The position numbers and the translations under genes were made by a program. Below the pieces are notes generated by a model. The model worked only from the letters and a program-made list of their open reading frames with translations, ran no database searches and was not told where the DNA came from. This document shows positions 50,449 to 63,061 of a DNA stretch of 64,000 bases, piece after piece. The DNA is taken from assembly GCA_964016885.1 (NCBI GenBank), contig OZ024753.1, positions 15,686,001 to 15,750,000 of the forward strand, in the 5' to 3' direction. This DNA comes from Eledone cirrhosa. Lineage: Eukaryota. How positions within the stretch are numbered: the stretch's first letter is position 1; each line of letters begins with the position of its first letter.

Positions 50449-50971
50449 TATGGTCTTCAAAATGTTTTTAATTAAACATACGGTATATTGCCAAATCTAC
50501 TAAACATACATTCATGTATACACCGCTATTTCAGAGCACCATTCCTAATACTTAATTTTGGCTGGACCGGCAATTGCTCTGTATAATCAGCTCCTGATTA
50601 TTACTGGAATTCTATAAGAATCCAGCTTCTATAATCTTCGGCTAAAGCAAGGAGTGCGTAGCTCTGATGATAGCCAACAGCATGAAACAGACTGTTAGCT
50701 TCTCTCCCTTCTTTAGCATGAAACAGACTGTTAGCTTCTCTCCCTTCTTTAGCATGAAACAGACTGTTAGCTTCTCTGTCTTCTTTAGCATGAAACAGAC
50801 TGTTAGCTTCTCTGTCTTCTTTCACCGAAAAGAAGTAAGTGACATAGTCACTACTTTAAAACCGATAGCATATGGTCTTCAAAATGTTTTTAATTAAAGA
50901 TACGGTATATTGCCAAATATACTATACATACATTCATGTATACATTGCTATTTCAGAGCACCAGTCCTAAT
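50449..50971 (+). mobile_element. Retrozyme-like monomer (422-bp period) with terminal direct redundancy of about 100 bp
   Basis: 50449-50550 repeats at 50871-50971; hammerhead at 50660-50700 followed by 36-bp repeats. Confidence 0.7.
50660..50700 (+). ncRNA. Minimal type I hammerhead motif
   Basis: AGCT-CTGATGA-tagccaacagcat-GAAA-CAGaCTG-T-T-AGCT; stem I 4 bp, weak stem II. Confidence 0.65.
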
Positions 50972-51445
50972 ATATATATATATATAAATCTCTAATATCG
51001 ATCTAATCATATAAAGAGTTGTGTTTGATTTGCCAAATTAATTGTTGGGTAATTGCTCAGTTCTGTATTTGAACAGTCCTCCATTAAACAAGTAGCTACC
51101 CTGGCAAGAATCTATATTATATAGTTTCTGGCAGCTGACAAACACACACACTACTCTAATGACGCCATTTACAAAGGTAACAAATTGGATAAAACTGTTG
51201 TTATTCAATAAAGGTAACAACAACAACAACAACAATAATAATAGAGTATAATACTCTAATATAATTACACATAATAACTATAATACTTTTCTGATTTGTA
51301 TGTAATGAAGCCAGCTCTTCATATCAAGTTGTTCATTGAGGGCTTATACCTTACTACTTTATACCACATCTAGTGAAGAATATATACATATTTATATACA
51401 TATGTGTGTATATATATGTGTGTGTGTATATATATATATATGTGT

Positions 51446-51783
51446 CATTTCATCATTTCATTTTACGTCCGCTTTTCCCTGCTTGCAAGGGTGGGACGGG
51501 AACTGATTCTGGCTTGATTTCTACAGCTGGATGCCCTTCCTAACACCAACCTCATTTACAGTAAGTGCTGGGTGCTTTTTTGCCGTCGCACCTCCACGAC
51601 CACTTTGCAGTGGAATGATGGGGACCCCAGTCGCTATCATCTCATTTCTACAGCTGAGTAAACTGGAGCAATGTGAAATAAAGTGTCTTACTCAAGGAAA
51701 CAACACATCACCTGGTCTGAGAATTGAACTCACAACCTTTCGATTGCAAGGCCAATGCTCTAACCACTAAGCCATGTGCCTCC
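51446..51783 (-). mobile_element. SINE family A
   Basis: Consensus match. Confidence 0.9.
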
Positions 51784-52138
51784 ATGTGTGTGTATATATA
51801 TATATGTGTCTGTGTGTGTATATGTGTGTGTGTGTGTAAGTGTCTGTGTGTGTGTGTGTATATATGTGTGTGTCTGTGTGTATGTATGTATGTGGCTGTC
51901 TGTGTGTATGTATGTATGTGGCTGTCTGTGTGAGTATGTGTATGTATACATGAGTGTGTATATATATATGTGTGTATATATATATATGTGTGTGTGTATA
52001 TGTATGTATGTGCATGTGTGTATGTATCTGTGGCTTTATGTATGTGCGTGTGTGTATGTATGTGTGGCTTTATGTATGTATGTGGCCGTCTGTGTGAGTA
52101 TGTGTGTGTATACATGTGTGTATGTATATATATGTGTG

Positions 52139-52213
<75 letters not shown>

Positions 52214-52432
52214 GTGGCTTTATGTATGTATGTGTGTATATATATGTGGCTGTCTGTGTGAGTATGTGTATGTATACATGTGTGTGTGTATATATATATG
52301 TGTCTGTGTATATATATTTATATGTGTGTGTGTGCATGTGTGTGTGTATGCATGTGTCGCTGTATGTGTATGTATACATATGTGAGTGTGTGAGTGTATG
52401 TAGGTGCGTGTCTGTGTGTCTGCATGTGTGTA
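51784..52432. repeat. (TG/TA)n microsatellite mosaic; similar tracts at 53298-53720 and 56468-57650
   Basis: Directly visible. Confidence 0.95.
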
Positions 52433-52473
52433 GAAAAAATAAAACATTGAAATTATTATTATTATTATTACTA

Positions 52474-53230
52474 GCAGTGGGTTGGCAGTATCGGTAGAGG
52501 GTTGGGCGCCATGCTTTGAAGCATAGAGTTACCTCCCTTTATGATCTGAGTTCAAATCCCGCCGAGGTTAACTTTGCCTTTCATCCTTACGGGGTCGATA
52601 AAATAAAGTAGCAGTAATACACAGGGAAATTGCTGGCCTTGTGCCAAAAGTAGAAACAATTATGTATACTAGCAGAAAACCACCCTTCCGGTAGTTTTCT
52701 ACTAGCATGTGTAGTGTGTATATTGATATTATACGCAAGTATATATACATGTAGATATGATACATCAAATAAAATCGTAATTGACAATATATAATACACA
52801 GAAATTGAATGAAGACTGCGTTACACTGTCTTATGTAATCAGTAACGTAATCCATGATACATTAAAAACAGACGATATTATATATAAACTGCATTAGGAG
52901 AAAATTAGTGACGGAAATATATGAATATTTATTTAAGCGATCGCTAACCGGAAGTGTTGACATTTGAAACTTTTGAAGAAGTGAATCTTTAAATAAGCAA
53001 TAAAATATATTTAACAGCCACGAAATTTAGTAGATAAATTATGTAATATTCATTCATTATTGTGGATTGGCAGTAATGGTAGATGGTCGGACACCATACT
53101 TTGACGCATAGAGTTATGACCCTTGTCATTCTGAGTTCAAATTCCGCCGAGGTTAACTTTGCCTTTCATCCTTACGGGGTCGATAAAATAAAGTACCAGT
53201 AATGCACTGGGTAATTGCTGGCCTTGTGCT
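52474..53230 (+). mobile_element. SINE B + Helitron-like 3' end (minus strand) + SINE B cassette, duplicated at 57968-58755
   Basis: Minus strand hairpin agaaaactacc-ggaag-ggtggttttct followed by gCTAG|T at 52669; the whole block recurs about 5.5 kb downstream. Confidence 0.7.
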
Positions 53231-53984
53231 TTGTGCTGAGGTTAAGTTTTAGTAATATTTGTTTCCCTTTTCGTATAGTTACGGTATATTTTCATGAATA
53301 TGTGTGTGTCTGTGAGCATGTGTTTCTGTGTATATGTGTGTATGTGCATGTCTGTGTGTGTCTGTGTGTCTCTGTGTGTCTCTGTGTGTCTGTGTGTTTG
53401 TGTGTGTGTCTGTATGCGTGTGTGTATGTGTCTGTGTGTATGTGTGTGTCTGTGAGCATGTGTTTCTGTGTGTATGTGTGTATGTGCATGTCTGTGTGTA
53501 TGTGCCTGTGTGTCTGTGTGTGTGTGTGTGTGTGTGTCTGTGTGTGTGTCTGGGTATGTGTATGTCTGTATCTGTGTGTGTGTGTGTGTGTGTGTGCGTC
53601 TGTGTATGTATACATATGGGTCTATGTGAGTGTGTGTGTGTGTGTCTGTGTGTGTATGTATACATATGTGTCTGTGTGTGTGTGTGTGTATGTGTGCCTG
53701 TGTGTGTGCATACATATGTGGTTGGTATCTGAGAGATGTGGTGATTTATTCCGCATAGCCAATGGCAACTTCTTTTATCGTCTTTCTGGGACTTCACTCA
53801 ATTCTATAAACTATTTTATAGCCTCTCCACACATGCCACACCATTCTTTTAACACACACACACAAATATATATATATAGGAAAATGTTAGACCCCGACGG
53901 CAGAGCACAAGCCGTTTCGACGGCTATTTCTGGACTATATATATATACTCAAGCTATCAACCATTTTTAATTTTTATGGGCCCT

Positions 53985-54385
53985 TCCTGTGACAGGAAAT
54001 GGTTTATATCACTGGCGTTCTTCCCCTCAGTTATCCCTGTGTTTCTACATACAAAGCCTTCTCTTCCTGTTAGTCTACTCATTATACCACTACATCTCTT
54101 GTGTACCCAATATTTACATTGTGTACATCATGTGGAGTTTATGCCTACTCCCTTTCTACAGGGAGCAGGGTCCTATCTTCTCCCTTACTTTAGTTTTGGC
54201 TAAGTTTACTCTCAGACCTTTTGATTCCAAATTCTGTTTCTATAGTTGGAACTTATTTTTTCGTTCTTTTATGGATTCAGCTATAAGGACCAGGTCATCT
54301 GCAAAGATAAGCCAGTCTTAAGGTCCTAAGAGTTGAACCCTGAATTGTACATTGAATTCCTCACTAAAAACACTTCCTATTCTCA
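53985..54385 (-). pseudogene. Degenerate RTE RT fragment with remnants of the PHD-like finger
   Basis: Minus strand reads ..[40 protein letters not shown]. Confidence 0.7.
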
Positions 54386-54403
54386 CTTTATATATATATA
54401 ATT

Positions 54404-55028
54404 AATTATAAGTGGGAAGAGCAAATAGAATAAAAAGTTAACTACTTTTACTTCAATGTCTCAACTGCAGTTTCATTGAGTGGTGTGCAGCAATAGGCGT
54501 TAAACCACAGCATTTAAAGAGATCCTCAGATTAAAGAAAAGATTCTTCGAACTGATCATTGCCAGTGATATATTTAAAAGGAAAAAATATCACATGGTTT
54601 ATGGTCATCAAGAATGGTAGTAAAGAGTAGACTATTGGTGAGTAACAGAGTTGCTAGAAGTAGTAGTCTATTTCAGTCTATTTTTGTTACTCAACCGTGA
54701 GACCCTCTCCAATAGTCTACCCTTTTGACCATAAACCACGTGATAGTTTTTCCCTTTCAAAAATATCACTGGCACCGATCAGTTTGATGAAGTTTTTCTT
54801 AGTTTGAGGGGTCTTTTGAAAAGCCATGGACTAACGTCTATGGGTGCACCATAGCTGCAAACCAATTGGTGAAACTGCAGTCGGGACAGTGAAGTGAAAT
54901 AAGGTAACATTTAATTTTATTTGCTCTTCCCACTTACAATTGTATAAAGCTCTGACGTTTTGTTTATTCAATTAATTCAATCAATCACTGAGCAAAACGT
55001 CAGAGCTTGATAGAATTGTAAGTGGGAA
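54404..55028 (+). mobile_element. Old double fold-back element with a hammerhead 3' half
   Basis: Diverged arms about 54404-54640 and 54709-54942; GAAACTGCAGTC; tail hairpin 54949-54993; second inversion 54927-55028. Confidence 0.6.
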
Positions 55029-55080
55029 TGGTATTGTTCTCAAAATAAATACTTTCAAAATCTCCTAGATTCAATATTAT

Positions 55081-55447
55081 GTGAAATAATTATGAGGTAA
55101 AGCCTTTACCATGAAAATACAATAGTATATATAGAGTAATGTAAATGTTATGTGAGATATTATGTGAGGTAAAGCCTTTCCCATGAAAATACAATAGTAT
55201 ATATAGAGTAATGTAAATGTTATGTGAGATAATTATGAGGTAAAGCTTTTACCATGAAAATATAATAGTATATATAGAGTAATGTGAATGTTATGTGAGA
55301 TAATTATGTGAGGTAAAGCCTTTACCATGAAAATACAATAGTATATATAGAGTAATGTGAATGTTATGTGAGATAATTATGAGGTAAAGCATTTACCATG
55401 AAAATACAATAGTATATATTGAGTAATGTGAATGTTATGTGAGATAA
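55081..55447. repeat. Tandem repeat of about 72 bp (5+ copies) amplified from the interior of the piggyBac-type MITE
   Basis: Unit gtgagataattatgaggtaaagcctttaccatgaaaatacaatagtatatatagagtaatgtaaatgttat matches 19040-19110. Confidence 0.85.
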
Positions 55448-55657
55448 TAGTATATATGCTAAAGGGTTAAACCAGCCATATCTGGTCAGAATTGTCTCAC
55501 CTCTTTCAATTCAAACTGGTCATAACTGACCCCTCATACTGGTGTTAAGATATTGTTCTCAAAATAGATAATATCAAAATCTCATAGATTCTATATTATC
55601 TGAAATAAAGCCTTTACCGTAAAAATACAACAGTAAATAGATTTTTTTTTTTTTTTT

Positions 55658-56031
55658 CATTTTACATCCGCTTTTCCCTGCTTGCAAGGGTGGGACGGGA
55701 ACTGATTCTGGCTTGATTTCTACAGCTGGATGCCCTTCCTAACATCAACCTCATTTACAGTGAGTGCTGGGTGCTTTTTTTCCGTGGCACCTACACGACC
55801 ACTTTACAGTGTGGGCTGGGTGTTTTTTTTCTATGACACCTACACGACCACTTTGTAGTGGAATGATAGGGACTGGGGTCTCTATCATCTCATTTCTACA
55901 GCTGAGTAAACTGGAGCAATGTGAAATAAAAGGTCTTGTTCAAGGAAACAACACATCACCCAGTCTGAGAATTGAACTCACAACCTTTCGGTTGCAAGCC
56001 CAATGCTCTAACCACTAAGCCATGTGCCTCC
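55658..56031 (-). mobile_element. SINE family A (2 VNTR units) nested in the piggyBac-type MITE
   Basis: Consensus match; the MITE end taaatgctaaagggttaa resumes at 56035. Confidence 0.85.
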
Positions 56032-56649
56032 ATCTAAATGCTAAAGGGTTAATTATCATTTGAGTTCAAATCCTGCCGAGATTAACTTTGCCTTTCATCC
56101 TTATGAGGTCCTATAAAATAGTACCAGTAATACACGGTTCGATTTAATCAACTTTCCCCTCCACCCAAACATTGCTGGCCTTGTGCCTAAATTAAAAATG
56201 ATTGTTGTTGTCATGTTTCTTGGTTCATATTCTTTAGTTTTAACATTGCCATACTTTACACAAACCTGTGAATACATTTTTCAAACATTATATCTTTTTT
56301 ATAATCACAGTTTTTTATCAAAATACAAATATAGAATTATACGATAAAACTGCTACAAATTCGCCGATAAACCTTAATATGAAGAAATAAATATAATACA
56401 TAAACCAACAGGCAGACATACACATCTCCCTCTCTACTTCTCTCTCTCTCTCTCTCTCTCTCGATTTATGTATATATATATGTGTGTCTCTGTGTCAATA
56501 TGTATGTATATATATGAGTGTGTGTGTGTAAATACATATATATGTGTGTGTATATGTATAAATACACATATGTGTGTGTGTATGTATCAATACACATATA
56601 TGTGTGTGTGTATGTATCAATACACATATATGTGTGTGTGTATATATAA

Positions 56650-56717
<68 letters not shown>

Positions 56718-56804
56718 TTATATATACACACACACATACATATATATATACATACATATATATATACAGGTACACACACATATATATATATAAATATATA
56801 TATG

Positions 56805-56849
<45 letters not shown>

Positions 56850-56993
56850 ACCTGTATATATATATATACATATATATAAATGTTTGTGTGTGTATATATA
56901 TATATATATATAAATATAATGTGTGTGTGCATGTATATATGTATGTATGTATATATATATATATAATGTGTGTGTGTGCATGTATATATGTAT

Positions 56994-57029
<36 letters not shown>

Positions 57030-57172
57030 ATATATATATATTTATATATATATATGTGTCTGCGTGAAATTAATAAACATTCGTTGTACTGCCTCTCTGT
57101 TTTCTTCCTGTTCAAATTTTTCCATTATATATATATATATATATAATGTGCGTGTGCATGTATATATGTATG

Positions 57173-57204
<32 letters not shown>

Positions 57205-57967
57205 ATCACGTACAATGATGATGATGATGATATATACATATATATGTATGTATTTATATGTCTGTGCATGTATTTATCTATTTGTATGTCTGTGTGTGTA
57301 TGTGTGTATTTATGTGTCTATGTGTGTGTGTGTGTGTATGCATGTGTGTGTCTGTGTGTGTATGTGTCTATGTGTGTGTGTGTGCATATGTCTGTGTGTG
57401 TATATGTGTGTGTGTGCATATGTCTGTGTGTGTATATGTGTGTGTGTTTGTATATGTGTGTGTGTGTGTCTATGTGCGTGTGTATATACGTGTGTGAGTG
57501 TGTATATGTGCGTATGTTTGTATATGTGTGTGTGTGTGTATATATGTGTGTGTGTGTGTATATATGTGTGTATGTGTGTGTATGTGTGTGTCTATGTGTG
57601 TGTGTGTGTCTATGTGTGTTTGTACGTGTGTGTGTGTCTATGTGTGTGTATGACCCAGCAACAACATAGCTTTAGCTTTTCTCATTTCTAGAAGCTTTAA
57701 ATCTTAATCCAATTTATTCTGTTAATATTTTCATATCTTGTTCTAGAAAGCTTCTCTCTGGCAGAAACATCTTCAAGATGGTGTTTTATATTCTAATTTA
57801 TCATGTGTGTCAATAATGTTTGTAGATTGGCAGAAAGAGGCAATTAAAACTTCTATAGTTGCCTCTCATAATTGTGAAGGGCTTGCTTGTAACTATGGTG
57901 CTATATAGCAGTAGAATTGGTAGAGTGTCAGACAACATGCCGTGTGGTATATAGCTACATCCCTTTC

Positions 57968-59428
57968 TCGCGGTGGGTTGGCAGTATCGGTAGAGGGTCG
58001 GATGCCATGCTTTGCAGCAAAGAGTTACGGCCCTTTATGATCTGAGTTCAAATCCCGCCGAGGTTAACTTTGCCTTTCATCCTTACGGGGTCGATAAAAT
58101 AAAGTACCAGTAATACACTGGGATAATTGTTGGCCTTGTGCCAAAATGTAGTAACAGTTATTATGTATACTAGCAGAAAACCACCCTTCCGGTAGTTTTC
58201 TGCTAACATGTGTAGTGTGTATATTGATATTATACACAAGTATATATACATGTAGATATGATACATCAAATAAAATCGTAATTGACAATATATAATACAC
58301 AGAAATTGAATGAAGACTGTTACACTGTCTTATGTAATCAGTAACGTAATCCATGATACATTTAAAAAAAGATATATTATATATAAACTGCATTAGAAAA
58401 TATATGAATATTTATTTAAGCGCTTGCTAACCGGAAGTGTTGACATTTGATAATTTTAAAGAAGTGAATCTTAAAATAAACCCCAAAATTATTTATATTT
58501 AATCAAGAATAACGAAATTTAGTAGATAAATTATGTAATATTCATTCATTATTTATTGAAAGAGTGGTAGATTGGCAATATCGGTAGAGGTTCGGATGCC
58601 ATGCTTTGACGCATAGAGTTACGGCCCTTGCCATTCTGAGTTCAAATCCCGCCGAGGTTAACTTTGTCTTTCACCCTTACAGGGTCGATAAAATAAAGTA
58701 CCAGTAATGCACTGGAGTAATTGTTGGCCTTGTGCCAAAAGTAGAAACAATTATTTATTCAAAGTAATCCAACTTATTTTACAAACGGGATAAAAAAATA
58801 TATTCTAGACGCAGTCCCACACTTCTTACTTTATTATAGTTTAGATTCCATGCATATTTCCTCTTCAGTGATGTCCCTTTTCTTTCACTTGATGTGCCCC
58901 CCTCCCTCTTATCTTTGTGTCATCTCTAATGTCTTGGGACCTTGTTACTAATAAAAGAAATAATAATCATCACAGCCCTTGTGGCCAATAAATGAATCAT
59001 GCTGGATTGGTAGAACCAGTAGAGCATCGAACAACATGCATAGCAGCACAGAGTTACGGCCCTTTGCGGTCTGAGTTCAAATCCCGCCGAGGTTAACTTT
59101 GCCTTTCATCCTTACAGGCTCAATAAAATAAAGTACCAGTCATACACTTGGGTCGATTTAACTGACTTTCCCCTCCAAAAAAATTGCTCGCCGTGTGCCT
59201 ATATAAGAAACCATTATTGGTAGATTGGTAGAGCGTCAGACAACATGCTTAGCAGCATAGAGTTACGTCCCTTTCCATTCTAAGTTAGAATCCTGTAAGC
59301 TCGGCTTTGCCTATCATCCTTACAGGGTCACTAAAATAAAGTACCAGTAATGCACTGGGGTTGATTTAATCGACTTTCCCCTCCCCCAAACAATTGTTGA
59401 TCCTGTGCCTAAATCAGAAACCATTATT
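57968..59428 (+). mobile_element. Cluster of SINE B copies (57968-58163, 58563-58755, 59000-59215, 59219-59428) including the duplicated cassette
   Basis: Consensus matches. Confidence 0.85.
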
Positions 59429-59554
59429 AAGGGTTTGAATTGTCCCCTGTAGTCACGAGCAGACACAGACATAATAATGGCTCTCCTGTCTTTCATCCAG
59501 CTCAACATAACTCATTCATATAAGCATGCAGTCATGGTTAATTCTCTAAAGTAT

Positions 59555-59850
59555 ATCATCATCATCATTTTATACCCATTGTTTTGCCATTTCATTTGCA
59601 AGGGTTTTATGAGTCCTTTTCATCACATGTCACGGTGCTTTGTCATCTCTTCTGTGAATTTCAGCAATTTGACATCAGTTCTCACCATCTCTGTCCATGT
59701 CTTTTTTTGGCCTTCCTCTACGGTAGCTTCCTTCTACTGGAATTTCTTGGCACTTCTTCCTGCAGTGGCCACCATCCAGGTGCATCACATGTCCGTACCA
59801 ATGCAGTGGTCTCTCTCTTGTTCACTATTTCTGATTTTTATTATACCCAA
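59555..59850 (-). mobile_element. Degenerate RTE 3' end
   Basis: Reverse-complement similarity to 49220-49503. Confidence 0.65.
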
Positions 59851-59874
59851 TTTTTACATATTTTATGCATGTGT

Positions 59875-60318
59875 CATCATCATCATCATCACCCTTTTAC
59901 GTCCGTTCTTCCACACTAGCATGGGTTAGACGAGTTGTCCTGTTGTGGGCAGTGTCCGGTCAGCTGACCTTGTCTTGCTCATACGGGAACTGATTCTGGC
60001 TTGATTTCTACAGCTGGATGCCCTTCCTAACACCAAACTCATTTACAGTGACTGCTGGGTGCTTTTTATCTGTGGCGCCTACATGTCCACTCTACAGTGT
60101 GGACTGGATGCTTTTTTGCCGTGGCACCTCCACGACCACGTTGCAGTGGAATGATAGGGACCCCAGTCCTATTATCTCATATCTACAGCCGAGTAAACTG
60201 GAGCAATGTGAAATAAAGTATCTTGCTCAAGGAAACAACACATCACCCGGTCCAAGAATTGAACTCGCAACCTTTCGATTGCAAGCCCAATGCTCAAACC
60301 ACTAAGTCATGCGCCTTC
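59875..60318 (-). mobile_element. SINE family A variant with the longer RTE-UTR tail
   Basis: Same head and CORE-like domain, but the 3' end matches 1860-1990 (aacccatgctagtgtggaagaacggacgtaaaa). Confidence 0.85.
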
Positions 60319-60359
<41 letters not shown>

Positions 60360-60831
60360 TTTATATATTTATATATAAGTCTGCTTTATAAGATGCACAT
60401 TTTTTTCCAAAAATGTCCCAGAAGATCAGGTCAAGGATCAGTTTGGGTTACTAGCTACTAGAGTTCTAGTGCTGCATTGGCCCTTAAATTAAATCATAAA
60501 TGGTTTTAAAATGTACTGAAATATTCCAACTAGAATTATGATGTGAAATGATAATATAAACATATCATGTACAAACTTTATACCCTTCACCTGACTTTCA
60601 TGGTTTAAATCCGTTTATTTTATCTTTTTTAAATGCTGCCCAAATTCAAGTTTTTCTTATAAGCCCATGTGTTTTATAAGCTGTAAATATGATATATAAT
60701 TCTTGATCTTACAATTATTGGTTAAATACTCTAACCACTAAGCCATCTCTTCACTATTACATATATAGTGGGTATAATTCCATCAATTCTACTTCCTCTC
60801 TCTTGAATTCCACAGACACGTGTACCCTTAA

Positions 60832-61218
60832 CCCTTTAGCATTTAAATAACTCTCTATATATTATTATATTTGTGTGGTAAAAACTCACATAATTATCTC
60901 ACATACCGTATTTCCCGGTGCCGAAGACAACTTCATCCTCAACCCACCCTAATTTTGACAACCAAAATCTGAAAAAAAATAATAAACAACCTTCGGCCTC
61001 CATGGTAGATTTTTGAGGCTTATTTTAGGAAAAAAGTAGTCTTTGACACCGGGAAATATGGTAATTATCTCACATAATATCAAATCTATGAGATTTTGAT
61101 ATTATTTATTTTGAGAACAATACCTTAACGTCAGTATGAGTGACCAGTTACAGCCAGTTTGAACAGAAAAAGGTGAGAGAATTCTGGCCAGATTCAGCCG
61201 GTTTAAATTCTAAAGAGT
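60832..61218. mobile_element. piggyBac-type MITE with a nested pogo-type MITE (60906-61061)
   Basis: TTAA-CCCTTTAGCATTTA start; inner TIRs ccgtatttcccggtgccgaagac / gtctttgacaccgggaaatatgg. Confidence 0.75.
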
Positions 61219-62850
61219 TAACATAGTTCTTAGATAGAACACTTTATAATTCTTGGCCTTAACCACTAAGCCATGTGTTTTCACAACTACATATATACAG
61301 GATATAATTCTATCAGTTATGCTTCCTCTCTCATAAATACTAAACTGAAATCTATGCTAAAGGTACCATCATGATTATTGACAAAAATGATAACTTTTCT
61401 TTTGTATTTTCCTTTGATAATTCCCTTACTTTTTCATATTTTACCATTTTTGTTGTTTGAAGTAAAAGCATACGATACGTTTTTAATGTAATTCAAAGCG
61501 GATATTTGCCTTTCATTGATTGTAGTTATTTTGATAAATATGTATAATTATTGCAGACTAATACATTCTATGGACGCTTTGTAAGGTTTTATTATTCGGT
61601 CAACAATAAATCTGTAGGACTTCTGTAAATACATTATCATTGATGATTTTTTAAAAGCTTTATAGTTGAATAAAAATACTCGATCGATTATTGTGATATA
61701 AGAGAGTAGATTTTGAAGTTAAATAATTCGATTTTTAGCGTAAAATGAAGAAATCAATTGTTGAAAAATTCAAGAATCAAAAAAAGAAAGGAAAAAATTG
61801 ATTCTTAACATTGGCAAAATGCCACATCCTTGAAGTTACAGTTGATTTTGTTTGATTCTTTGATTTCACTGGAATGTTCAGCAGGAATGGCAACACCTAG
61901 GGTCATTTTTATGTCCCTTGAGACTGGACAAACAAAGGGTTAGAGGAAACTATTTTCAAGCAGGAAATATGATCCTTGTGATTCATCAAAGGGTGAGAGG
62001 GTATTATTCTCAAGCAGGACACTTGACCCCTTGTGACTGGTCAAAGAGTGAGAGATGTTATTCTCAAGCAGGAAATCCCACCCCATGACTGGCAGTCACC
62101 CCATGGCTGGCAATAGAGTGGATTTTGTTAAAGGTACTCCAGGGAGATATAATGGTGAGAATATGGATGGTAGATTGTCTATCGAACCCAAGACAATGTA
62201 GTTTTAAAATGGAGATCTCAAACAACACAGGGCCTCACTAATAATGTCATAAAGAATATCACTGGTATTTAATTCATTGATTCCAATCTCAGAGGAACAA
62301 CAAACGTGATGTAAGGGTTCTCCACAAAATATCAGAACTTACTGCAATCAGGGAACTTACATGGCCTTCAGCCAGCTCAGCCTTTCATTTCTGGAAGTCT
62401 AATTCCCTCTCCACTATATGGATCTCCAATATCCAGTGCCACAAATCTTTGGACAGCCGTGTGTTCCTGCTTCACCGGCACTATCTATAGTAAAAGATAG
62501 AAATCCAAGGCACCACACAGAGGGACTGAATGAGGTGGCAGTAAATGACACTTGTTAATCACACATCAACACCTCTTGTTTCTATAGAGAAGTTTCCACG
62601 TGGAATCAGTGAATATCAGATATTTATTGAGCTTCCAACTCTCAAGTATTGGAAGCAATTAAAACCTTATATGACACAGTTGATAATGTTAATTTTATTT
62701 CTCTACTGGCTTCAGTCATTAGACTGGGGCCATGCTGGGGCACAGCCTTAATAGTGATTATATCAACATCAGTACTTACTTTACCCATTTCTTTTTGTTA
62801 AACCCTAAGTTACAGGAAGGACACACATACACACACATACACATACATGT

Positions 62851-62881
<31 letters not shown>

Positions 62882-62896
62882 TATATACATATATAT

Positions 62897-63024
62897 ATGA
62901 TGATGGCTGCCCCCTCGTTATCGAGTATGGTCATTGCGCTAGAAGAAAAAAAAAAAATAAATAAATAAAAAAAAATAAATAAATAAAAAATAAAAAATAA
63001 AAAATAAAAAATAAAAAATAAAAA

Positions 63025-63061
<37 letters not shown>

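Noticed and set aside
51708-57691. Many Cys/Val/Tyr/Ile/His/Thr ORFs
   Set aside because: Translations of (TG)n and (TA)n microsatellites.
61870-62660. Complex GC-richer block with short attctcaagcagga repeats
   Set aside because: Probably a decayed transposon, but there is no ORF or terminal structure I can identify.
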